Source of the DNA: Pirellulales bacterium
GTDB lineage: Bacteria; Planctomycetota; Planctomycetia; Pirellulales; UBA1268
DNA: 44,893 bases
Assembly (NCBI GenBank): GCA_040397585.1
Contig: JBBAVS010000001.1
Span: 28,156-73,048 of the forward strand
Reading direction: 5' to 3'
Shown: piece after piece, positions 1-7,612 of the stretch
Position numbering within the stretch: position 1 is the stretch's first letter
Layout: every line of letters begins with the position of its first letter
The notes under the pieces: model-generated
The model's database searches: none
The model's input: only the letters and a program-made list of their open reading frames with translations
What the model was told of the DNA's origin: nothing
Translations under genes and position numbers: made by a program

Positions 1-40
1 TGCCCCCACTTCCGACCAGTCGCCCACACGTTTGCAGAAA

Positions 41-134
41 GTGGCCGCAGGTTTTTGACGTGGCCGCAGGTTTTCAACCTGCGGAACCTCGGGGTCAACT
101 CCACTCCCTGGGCAGGTTGAAAACCTGCCCCCAC
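41..134. repeat. REP doublet (REPIN-like inverted pair), copy A
   Basis: GTGGCCGCAGGTTTTCAACCTGCGG (60-84), a 25-bp spacer, then the inverted GGGCAGGTTGAAAACCTGCCCCCAC (110-134). A partial unit sits at 41-59, and bases 1-10 (TGCCCCCACT) look like the tail of another copy. A GTGG foot plus imperfect hairpin is the REP architecture. Confidence 0.8.
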
Positions 135-242
135 TGTTCGGCAGGCTGGTGCGAAACCCTGCCCTCACTCGAAGCCTCCTGGGGATTCAGAAGCACCGTA
201 GCCGTCCGAGTGGCCGACGGGGCATCGCCCGCAGGCCGCGGA

Positions 243-3218
243 TTATCGTCGCTGGTCTTCGTGAGGCCTTGGCGACGCACGGCCTGGCGATCCGGCGTCA
301 ATCGTGATGGACGGCGTCGCACTCGCACATCCGTGCACGCGTGGATCGCTGGCGCCGGAGAAAGTTCCGCCTCCGGCCCGCCGAATGATCTGGCAAGCCC
401 CGAACGCCGGCTCGCGACGAACATCGTGGCCGAGCGCCTCGAGGGCAGCGGCGAGTTCGTCCCCTGCGGCTTCCTCGACCTTCACCCGATCGGGCTTCCA
501 CTGGTGATGAAGCCGCGGCTGGGCCAGGGCCTCGGCCGGGGGCATGCCGTGGTCGAGCGAGTGGAGCATGCCCAGCAGAACCTGCGTGATGATCGTCGGG
601 CCTCCCGCCGCGCCGATGCTCATCACCGGCTCGGCTGCGGCGTCGAGCACGAGCGTCGGGCTCATGCTCGAGAGCGGCCGCTTCCCCGGCGCGACGCAGT
701 TGGCCTCGCCCCCCACGAGCCCGAAGTGGTTGGGCACTCCCGGGGCGACGGCGAAGTCGTCCATCTCGTTGTTGAGCAGCACACCGGTGCCGGGCACGAT
801 GACCTTCGACCCGAACGCGGTGTTGATCGTGGCCGTGATGCTCGCCCAGTTGCCTTCCGCGTCGGCTGTGGCGAAGTGGGTGGTGTGCTTGTGGAAGTGG
901 TCGCTCTGCCAGTCAGGCGGCTGGCCATGCTCCGGGACGGGCGTCGCCCTCTGGGGATCGATCCGCGCGGCGAGCTGCCGGGCGTAGTCGGTCGAGACGA
1001 GCCCGGTCGGCACGTCCGCGAACGCGGGATCGCCGAGCCAATGCGCCCGATCGGCGAAGGCCAGCTTCATTGTCTCGATCACGCGGTGGGCGAACATCAC
1101 GGAGCCGGCCCGCAGGTCGGCGGCGGGCTGCGCTTCGAGGATGTTCAGCATCTGGGCGATGTGGACCCCCCCGGAACTCGGCGGTGGAAAGCCGACGATC
1201 GTCCAGTCGCGATACCGTGACACCAGGGGCTGCCGCTCGATCGGTTGGTAGCCGCGAAAATCCTCCTCCGTGAGCAGGCCGCCCGCCTGCTTCATGAAGG
1301 CCGCGGTGTCGGCGGCGAACGCGCCGCGGTAGAACCAGGCCGTGCCCTCCGCCGCGATGGCTCGGTACGTGCGGGCCAAATCCTTCTGCACGAGCACGTG
1401 GCCGGCCGGCCACGGCGAATCGTCGGGCTGGAGGAACACGGCGCGCGAGGCCGGAAAGGCGGCGAGATCGGCGGCCGTGGCCTTGAGTTTGCGGCCGTAG
1501 ACGGCGTCGATCGGAAAGCCGTTCTCGGCATGACGGATGCCGGCCTGGCAGGCGGCGGCCAGCGGCAGTCGGCCGAACCGGTCCACGGCCTCCGCATACG
1601 CGGCGAGGGCGCCGGGCACCCCGCTCGCCAGCGGGCCGGTGCGGCTCAGGGCGTCGACGGCCACGCCGTCGCGGAGGAACATGTCGCGGCGGGCTGCGGC
1701 CGGCGCCGTCTCGCGACCGTCGAGGCAGATGAGCCTGCCATCGGCGAGGCGCATGAGAATGAAGCAGCCGCCGCCGATTCCGGAGTTGTGCCCGTCCACG
1801 ACGCCGAGCGTCAGGCCGGCAGCGACGGCCGCATCGATCGCGTTGCCGCCGGCGGCGAAGGCGTCGAGCGCGGCCTGGGTGGCCAGGGGGTGCACGCTCG
1901 CGGCATAGCCGTCCACGACCGGGGCGACGGCCGCCCCATCATCCAAGCGTTCCCACACGGCGGGCAGCTTCTCGGACACGAGTCTGCGGCCCGAGTCGGG
2001 AAGCAGGCGGCGCGTCAGCGGCACGACCAGCGTGTCTTCGAGGAATCGGCCGGGCTCACGGCCGTGCTTGAAGGCCTCGGTGAGACCGCCGCGGGCGTCG
2101 AGGCGCACGCCGGCCGCCGCCGGATTGGCGACCGAGAGGAAGAACAGGTCGCGAGTCGGGCCTGCCGGTTCGCGGCGGCGGATCCTGGTGGCTGCGAGGT
2201 CGCGAAACAGCTGCCGCGCCGTCCACTTCGCAGGATCGACGTAGTGTCGCACCGGCGCGATCACGGGAGCGAACGCCGGGTCTTCCCGCAGGGTCGCGAA
2301 GGCGGCGTCGATCTCCTTTTCCACGAGCGGGAAGTGGGTGCAGCCGAGCACGATGGTCGTGAGCGGGGTCGGTGCCGCACCGGCCAGCGCATCGCGGTGC
2401 GTCTCGACCAGCCGGCGGACGTCTTTCGCCACCTGGTCGTCCACGGTGGCGGTCCGCGACGGATCGCCCTCGATGACCGCGGCCAGATCGGCGCTCCCCT
2501 GCTGGGTGAGCGGCAGGCCGCGCCGTCCGGCCAGGCCGAGCGTGCTGCGGATCGTTCGCGGGTAGACGCCGCTGTCGCAGGTGCCGACCGTGGCCAGCAC
2601 GCCGATCGCGCCCGGCGGCGCCCCTTCGAGCACCCCCCGTGCGCCCGCCTCGACGACGCCGACGACGAGCACGGGAAGCCGCCAGCGGGCGACGGCCGCC
2701 CGCAGATCCTCCAGGCCGTAGGCCGTCGCCGTGTTGCAGGCGATGACGATCGCCTTGACGGGCGGCTTGTCGCGCCGGATCGCCCCGGTGGCGTGATAGC
2801 GGTTGCCGAGCAGGAAGATCGCGTCCTCGAGGATCAGCTCGCGGAGCAGGTCGGTCTTCCCCGCCTTGGGGTAGTTGCCGTAGGGCATGTTGGCCTGATC
2901 GCCGAGGTAGACGAACCGCTCGTTCTCGAAATCGGGCCGGCCGTCCGGTCCGGGCTTCAGGTCGTCGTTGTGGAACTCGTCGAGCGTGAGGATCGCCTCC
3001 AGCACGGTGAGGCCGCCGATGCCCGAATCGAACACGCCGATCGGCAGGGACGAGAGATCGCCGGTGTAGGCGGACCGGTCGAACGTGGAGACCGCGCTGC
3101 CGTCGGGATGGCTGGCCAGATGCGCGTCGATCGCATCGACGACGGCATCACCCGCCAGCGCCGGCGAGGCAGCGAGCAGGACCGCGAGCCACAGGCGGCG
3201 CAGGTGAACGACGGTCAT
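243..3218 (-). CDS. Secreted glutamate racemase (MurI-like) fused to gamma-glutamyltransferase, 991 aa
   Basis: ATG at 3218 overlaps the upstream stop (ATGA). Signal peptide MTVVHLRRLWLAVLLAASPALA. Racemase motifs PIGVFDSGIGGLTV, PYG, IACNTA, LGCTHFP. In frame after these come GGT motifs GGNAIDAAVA, SGIGGG, DGRE, HTTHF, NNEMDDF, PGKRPLSSMSP, AGGPTI. Confidence 0.9.
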   Translation of the reverse strand: MTVVHLRRLWLAVLLAASPALAGDAVVDAIDAHLASHPDGSAVSTFDRSAYTGDLSSLPIGVFDSGIGGLTVLEAILTLDEFHNDDLKPGPDGRPDFENERFVYLGDQANMPYGNYPKAGKTDLLRELILEDAIFLLGNRYHATGAIRRDKPPVKAIVIACNTATAYGLEDLRAAVARWRLPVLVVGVVEAGARGVLEGAPPGAIGVLATVGTCDSGVYPRTIRSTLGLAGRRGLPLTQQGSADLAAVIEGDPSRTATVDDQVAKDVRRLVETHRDALAGAAPTPLTTIVLGCTHFPLVEKEIDAAFATLREDPAFAPVIAPVRHYVDPAKWTARQLFRDLAATRIRRREPAGPTRDLFFLSVANPAAAGVRLDARGGLTEAFKHGREPGRFLEDTLVVPLTRRLLPDSGRRLVSEKLPAVWERLDDGAAVAPVVDGYAASVHPLATQAALDAFAAGGNAIDAAVAAGLTLGVVDGHNSGIGGGCFILMRLADGRLICLDGRETAPAAARRDMFLRDGVAVDALSRTGPLASGVPGALAAYAEAVDRFGRLPLAAACQAGIRHAENGFPIDAVYGRKLKATAADLAAFPASRAVFLQPDDSPWPAGHVLVQKDLARTYRAIAAEGTAWFYRGAFAADTAAFMKQAGGLLTEEDFRGYQPIERQPLVSRYRDWTIVGFPPPSSGGVHIAQMLNILEAQPAADLRAGSVMFAHRVIETMKLAFADRAHWLGDPAFADVPTGLVSTDYARQLAARIDPQRATPVPEHGQPPDWQSDHFHKHTTHFATADAEGNWASITATINTAFGSKVIVPGTGVLLNNEMDDFAVAPGVPNHFGLVGGEANCVAPGKRPLSSMSPTLVLDAAAEPVMSIGAAGGPTIITQVLLGMLHSLDHGMPPAEALAQPRLHHQWKPDRVKVEEAAGDELAAALEALGHDVRREPAFGACQIIRRAGGGTFSGASDPRVHGCASATPSITIDAGSPGRASPRPHEDQRR

Positions 3219-4621
3219 CGCGGCATGGTCTCCGGCGCCCGCTCGTCCGCACCCTCCGACACGCACGTGGCCACCACGAGGTCGCCGGTCACGTTCAGCA
3301 CCGTACGGCACATGTCGAGGATCCGATCCACTCCGAGGATGATCCCGATGCCCTCCCCGGGCACGCCCACCGACCGCATCAGCACCACGATCAACGGCAG
3401 CGAGCCCCCCGGCACGCCGGCGGTGCCGATGCCCGCAAGGATCGACATCAGCACCACCATCACCTGCTGGCCGATGCCCAGTTGCACGCCAAACACCTGT
3501 GCCAAAAACAGCACCACCACGCCCTCGTAGAGGGCCGTGCCATTCTGGTTGCCCGTGGCCCCCACGGTGAGCACGAACCGGGCGGTCTCGCGGGGCAGCC
3601 GGAGGTTCTGTTCGGCGACCCGCAGGGCGGTGGGCAGCGTGGCGTTTGACGACGACGTGCCGAACGCCACCTGCATCGCCTCGGCAACGGCCGCGAAGAA
3701 GGTCCGCGGCGACACCCGGCTGAAGAGCGCCAGCACCAGCGGATAGACCACCACCAGCTGGAGCAGCAGCCCCAGCATGACGGTCAGGGCGAACCAGGCC
3801 AGCGTGACGAGCACCTCGAAGCCCAGTGTTGCCACGATGGAGAACACGAGGCAGCCGGCGCCCAGCGGGGCCAGTGTCATCGCCCAGCCGATGATCGTCA
3901 TGGCCACCGCGTTGAGGCCCTCCAGGCAGGAGATCAGGCCGCGGCACTCCGCCGGCTTCGCGGCCAGCGCCGCCCCGAGGAAGAGCGACGCAAACATCAC
4001 GGCGAGCATCCCGTTGCCCTTGGAGCTGCCGTCGATCGCCCCGACCATCTCCTGGAGGGGATTCTCCGGGATCATGTCGATCACGATGTCGCGAATCGAC
4101 TTCGCCTTGCTTGCCTTCTGGCCCACGTCGGCGGAGCCCGCTGCGTTGCGGTCCACGAGCGCCTGCCGGGCATCCGCCGAGAGGGCCTCGCCCGGGCGGA
4201 TCACGTTGACCAGCGTGAGGCCTATGAGCACGGCGCTCGCCGAGAGGATTCCGGAAAACAGCAGCGTCCGCAGGCCGATCCGCCCGAGCTTCCGCAGGTC
4301 GCCAATCTCCACCACCGCCAGGGCCAGGGCCGAGACCACCAGCGGCAGCACCACCATGAACATCAGCCGGAGAAAGAGTCGGCCGATGACCGTGGTGACG
4401 TTCTGGCAGAACCAGTCGAGCCCGTCGTGGACGCCGTCGCCGTTGAGATCGCCGGCGACCACGCCATCGAGCGGCGCACCGGGACGCAGCAGGACGTTGG
4501 CCGCGAGCCCCAGCACGGTGCCCACCAGCAGTCCGATGAGGATCCGGCGGGCCGAGGCGTCGTGCCCGGGGCCGGCGGGGGGCTGCGGGCGATCGGATTC
4601 AGGAGCCGTGGTGGAAGGCAT
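3215..4621 (-). CDS. DAACS-family (GltP/GltT-like) glutamate/aspartate:cation symporter
   Basis: Multiple TM segments. Motifs FLRLMFMVVLPLV, IPENP, FGTSSSNATLP, ATGNQNGTALY, AGVPGG, GVDRILDMCRTVLNVTGD. The Arg that selects acidic substrates in this family is retained. Confidence 0.92.
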   Translation of the reverse strand: MPSTTAPESDRPQPPAGPGHDASARRILIGLLVGTVLGLAANVLLRPGAPLDGVVAGDLNGDGVHDGLDWFCQNVTTVIGRLFLRLMFMVVLPLVVSALALAVVEIGDLRKLGRIGLRTLLFSGILSASAVLIGLTLVNVIRPGEALSADARQALVDRNAAGSADVGQKASKAKSIRDIVIDMIPENPLQEMVGAIDGSSKGNGMLAVMFASLFLGAALAAKPAECRGLISCLEGLNAVAMTIIGWAMTLAPLGAGCLVFSIVATLGFEVLVTLAWFALTVMLGLLLQLVVVYPLVLALFSRVSPRTFFAAVAEAMQVAFGTSSSNATLPTALRVAEQNLRLPRETARFVLTVGATGNQNGTALYEGVVVLFLAQVFGVQLGIGQQVMVVLMSILAGIGTAGVPGGSLPLIVVLMRSVGVPGEGIGIILGVDRILDMCRTVLNVTGDLVVATCVSEGADERAPETMPR

Positions 4622-4747
4622 CGAGACCCCGGGGGAACCCTATCGACGCACGGAATCGAGCGTGCCGCGAACAGGATACCCGGCCGACTTCACAGGCGAC
4701 ACTCCACACGCTGGCTTTGCCAGCAGCGCTGGCGGGCAGGTCCTGGA

Positions 4748-4884
4748 AAGTAGCCGCAGGTTTTCACAAGTGGCCGCAGGTTTTCAAAAGTGGCCGCAGG
4801 TTTTCAAAAGTGGCCGCAGGTTTTCAACCTGCGGGGAGTGCAGGCCCATGGTGGTGCTTGGGCAGGTTGAAAACCTGCCCCCAC
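4748..4884. repeat. REP doublet copy B with tandemly amplified 20-bp left half-unit
   Basis: About four tandem AAGT(A/G)GCCGCAGGTTTTCA(C/A) units (4748-4827). The last is completed as a full REP (4810-4834), followed by a 25-bp spacer and the inverted REP (4860-4884), which is identical to 110-134. Confidence 0.85.
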
Positions 4885-5010
4885 TTCAAACCCTTGCCTC
4901 ACGGTCGGCGCAGAAGTGACCGGGTTGGATTTGCTGCACCAAGGGATATGCAGGGGCAGGTCAGGCGGCCCCGAGCCTGATACCCGCGCGAGCATCACGT
5001 GTGAGCCGTA

Positions 5011-7218
5011 TCAGTCGGCTTTGCGGAGGGGCCCATCATTTCCTCCAAAGTAACGGGTCAACACGGGCTCTTGGCATTCCAGAAATACTTCTCCTTTATG
5101 GGCAGTCAATAAATCAAGGACCTGTGACGGTACCGCCTCTCTGGAATGAATGCGGAGTTTTCCCTCATGACCACTGAGTGCTTCGGCAACGACGGGCAGT
5201 AAGGCACGGAAAGAAACGTGAAGCTCTCCACGGTGACGGGCTAGCACAGCCACCACGTCCGGCGACAATGCATCAAGACCGATGTCAGCGCTCGAGATGT
5301 GCAGTTCGCCGGAGAATTCGGCCAAGACACGTGCTGCGGTCGGGCTCAGGTCTTTCAGTTTCGGAAGCGATAAAGATCCTCCGTCTCTGTCTTTTACGAT
5401 TTTACCGGCAAGGGTCTCACTGGTGAGCGTCTGTAAGTTGTAGAGCTCAACATCTCCAGGAAATTGAGCTACCACTTCCGCCACGTCGTCGGAAAGCGAC
5501 TGCAGTTCACCCAGTTGGAGTGACTCGCCTGTGACCCCTTCGTAGTCCCCATCCGCGATAAGCTTCTCAGCGAGCCTCACGGAAGTAAGAGTCTTGAGTC
5601 CTGGCATCGTGAAGCGACAAGGACTATTGATAATCGCCGTAATACCTGGTTCGGAAATCTCCGCAAGGCCGGAGAGGGTCACATGTTTACGTTGTTCCGG
5701 ATCAAGCCTATCCCCCGGCCAGTTGTCTATCGCCAGGAAATCAACTGATGTATCTGATAGGGCTGTAACCCCGATTCCTAAATCATCAGCATGCTGTGCC
5801 AGCACTGTTTCTGCGTGCGGAGACAGTTTCGTCAACTTCCGCAAATAGAGAGGACCGCGGTGCCTGGCGAGATGCTCGGCGGCCGTGTCCGATAAGGATT
5901 CGATGTTGTTGAGGTTCACCGTACCCTTGAAGGCGGCGACCTCCTTTGCAAGAGCGTCCGAAATAGCCGGCAGACCATCTAACTCCAGAACGCCGTAGCC
6001 GGCTTCCGGTCTCCAAATCCAATCATTTTCGCCCTGTCCTCTCCGCTCCTGCAAGAAGGACTTGCGAGACTCGACGAGTTCCCGCATCGCATCCGGCTCT
6101 ACGTTCGAAAGGCTGTCGAACTTGAGACAGAGTACGCGTGACCTACCCAAGCGAGAAGCGTCGTTCTTGGATAGCGACGCAAGCCCTTCCATTGAGAATC
6201 CTGCCTTCTCGAACTCGCACATGCGGTTTTTCACACCATTCCATCCGTCTTCAATGACCTCAGTCGGCAGACCCTCTCTGTTCATGGAATCAACAAGGTT
6301 TTTGGCAAGGTGGTTGTCGTCAGCCTCTGCGATCCTCCAGTTGGTAGACTTGATCGTTGCACTCTGAAATAGCCAACGTGGACCTTGTTTACCGCAGGTT
6401 ATTTCACATTCGGCATCACCCTCAATGACGATCTTCTTGCCTTCCGCGTCTTGCCTGAGCGGATGCACCGTAGAGTACGTGATCGTCCCGACATAGGGAG
6501 TAGTGAGTGAATCAGTTTTGCGAAGGTCAAATCGTATATTGCGTATTGGAAGCAAAGGGCAGGTAAGCTCCAGATTCTCGGTTTTGGTCCGTGCGAATCG
6601 CTCGAATGTGGCAAGCGGGGTGTTGGTTTTGTACCAGTCCCACCCGTAGCCAGCGGCGGACAAGACGCCAATAAGGCAGCCGATAGCGATCACGGCACGA
6701 GCCGAGGAGCGGATGGTCGCGTTCCACTCCCGTGCCGGCAACCGCCAAGCTGAAGTGGCAGTCCCCGCTATCTGAATAGGTATGGTGTCGGCGGCCACTT
6801 GCTCTTTCGTCACTTGCTTAGCCGCACGGGCCTGCTCGAGTCTGTGCTTTGCTTGACGGAGCTGCTCTTCGGCTCGAGGCGACAGGCGGTACCGCTGTCG
6901 ACACTTCGGGCAGGCATCGCTCTGGGACATCTCATCTTCTTTGGAGGCGAGCGATTCACGGCATCGTGGACAGGTATAGCTCACGGAAAAAGTACCTTGC
7001 AGAATCGAGTGATCAATCTTGATCGTTTCGATCACTGCGATGTCTGCTGCTTCAATGAACTCACCCACCAGAGCCCAAGGGCCAGTTAATGCCTCGGCAA
7101 CTTCGTCCGAGGGCAGGAGTTTTCCGGCCTTTACCAGTGGCGCGAGTTGGGTCCTCGGAATAGGCCCTTTTACGGTACTGCCGCGACGGATGAAAACTGT
7201 TCTCTGCTTTTCACTCAT
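5011..7218 (-). CDS. Hypothetical membrane-anchored protein: N-terminal GYF-like segment, Zn-ribbon, TM helix, C-terminal leucine-rich-like repeats
   Basis: 735-aa ORF. KGPI...LVKAGKLLPSDEV...PW (GYF_2-like), CPRC...CPKC, hydrophobic AVIAIGCLIGVLSAAGYGW, and repeated ~23-aa units (LNNIESLSDTAAEHLARHRG, LGELQSLSDDVAEVVAQFPG, LPKLKDLSPTAARVLAEFSG). Visibly AT-richer than its flanks. Confidence 0.75.
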   Translation of the reverse strand: MSEKQRTVFIRRGSTVKGPIPRTQLAPLVKAGKLLPSDEVAEALTGPWALVGEFIEAADIAVIETIKIDHSILQGTFSVSYTCPRCRESLASKEDEMSQSDACPKCRQRYRLSPRAEEQLRQAKHRLEQARAAKQVTKEQVAADTIPIQIAGTATSAWRLPAREWNATIRSSARAVIAIGCLIGVLSAAGYGWDWYKTNTPLATFERFARTKTENLELTCPLLPIRNIRFDLRKTDSLTTPYVGTITYSTVHPLRQDAEGKKIVIEGDAECEITCGKQGPRWLFQSATIKSTNWRIAEADDNHLAKNLVDSMNREGLPTEVIEDGWNGVKNRMCEFEKAGFSMEGLASLSKNDASRLGRSRVLCLKFDSLSNVEPDAMRELVESRKSFLQERRGQGENDWIWRPEAGYGVLELDGLPAISDALAKEVAAFKGTVNLNNIESLSDTAAEHLARHRGPLYLRKLTKLSPHAETVLAQHADDLGIGVTALSDTSVDFLAIDNWPGDRLDPEQRKHVTLSGLAEISEPGITAIINSPCRFTMPGLKTLTSVRLAEKLIADGDYEGVTGESLQLGELQSLSDDVAEVVAQFPGDVELYNLQTLTSETLAGKIVKDRDGGSLSLPKLKDLSPTAARVLAEFSGELHISSADIGLDALSPDVVAVLARHRGELHVSFRALLPVVAEALSGHEGKLRIHSREAVPSQVLDLLTAHKGEVFLECQEPVLTRYFGGNDGPLRKAD

Positions 7219-7362
7219 GGTTCACCGTATGCACATCGAGGGTCTTGTTGAGAGGTTAGTTCGGTCGCACGTGGTTCCGCAACACGTTGCGGTGGACCGG
7301 CGATTCGTGAGCCTCGGGATCGGATCTGCCAGCCCCGCCGAGTCGGCCGATGCCCGCAGCGT

Positions 7363-7610
7363 TTGAAAATGACGGCGCGGGTGGGAGGGGAGTTTCCAAG
7401 GCAGTGTCCGGGGTGTGGCGGCGATATGTGGCTGATCGCGTTCATCACCGAACCAGGGCCAATCCGGAAGATTCTGATCCGGCTCACACGTGATGCTCGC
7501 GCGTGTATCAGGCTCGGGGCTGCCCATGCCCGTCGCCGGCGCAAGCACGCGGTTCACGCGTTGCTCACCAGCTAGGCAATGCTGGCGGTAGTGCCATTGG
7601 CCGGGCTATC
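7363..7610 (+). mobile_element. IS91/ISCR-like transposase C-terminal remnant plus putative element end
   Basis: 7363-7485 translates as MTARVGGEFPRQCPGCGGDMWLIAFITEPGPIRKIL, resembling the CPxCGGxMxxIAFITEPxxIRKIL tail of IS91-type transposases. No catalytic core is present. Downstream lies AGTGCCATTGGCCGGGCTATC (7590-7610). Confidence 0.65.
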
Positions 7611-7612
7611 GC

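Noticed and set aside
60-3530. Long plus-strand ORFs 60-1220 and 1245-3530 (likewise 28278-31004, 34448-37423, 19507-21144, 42889-44634)
   Set aside because: Antisense shadows of well-supported genes, expected from high-GC codon bias, with no recognisable motifs.
3219-3947. 243-aa N-terminal extension of the 1234-aa ORF
   Set aside because: It is an alternate frame over the symporter gene. The ATGA overlap and signal peptide place the start at 3218.
4748-4834. 20-bp repeats as a CRISPR array
   Set aside because: The units are contiguous with no unique spacers, no cas genes are present, and they are halves of the REP hairpin.
4918-4940. CGGGTTGGATTTGCT as an IS91-type end or attC site
   Set aside because: Only a short partial resemblance, with no second copy, no attC box pairing and no integrase.
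7215-7557. Small minus-strand ORFs as genes
   Set aside because: Antisense readings of the IS91-like remnant.
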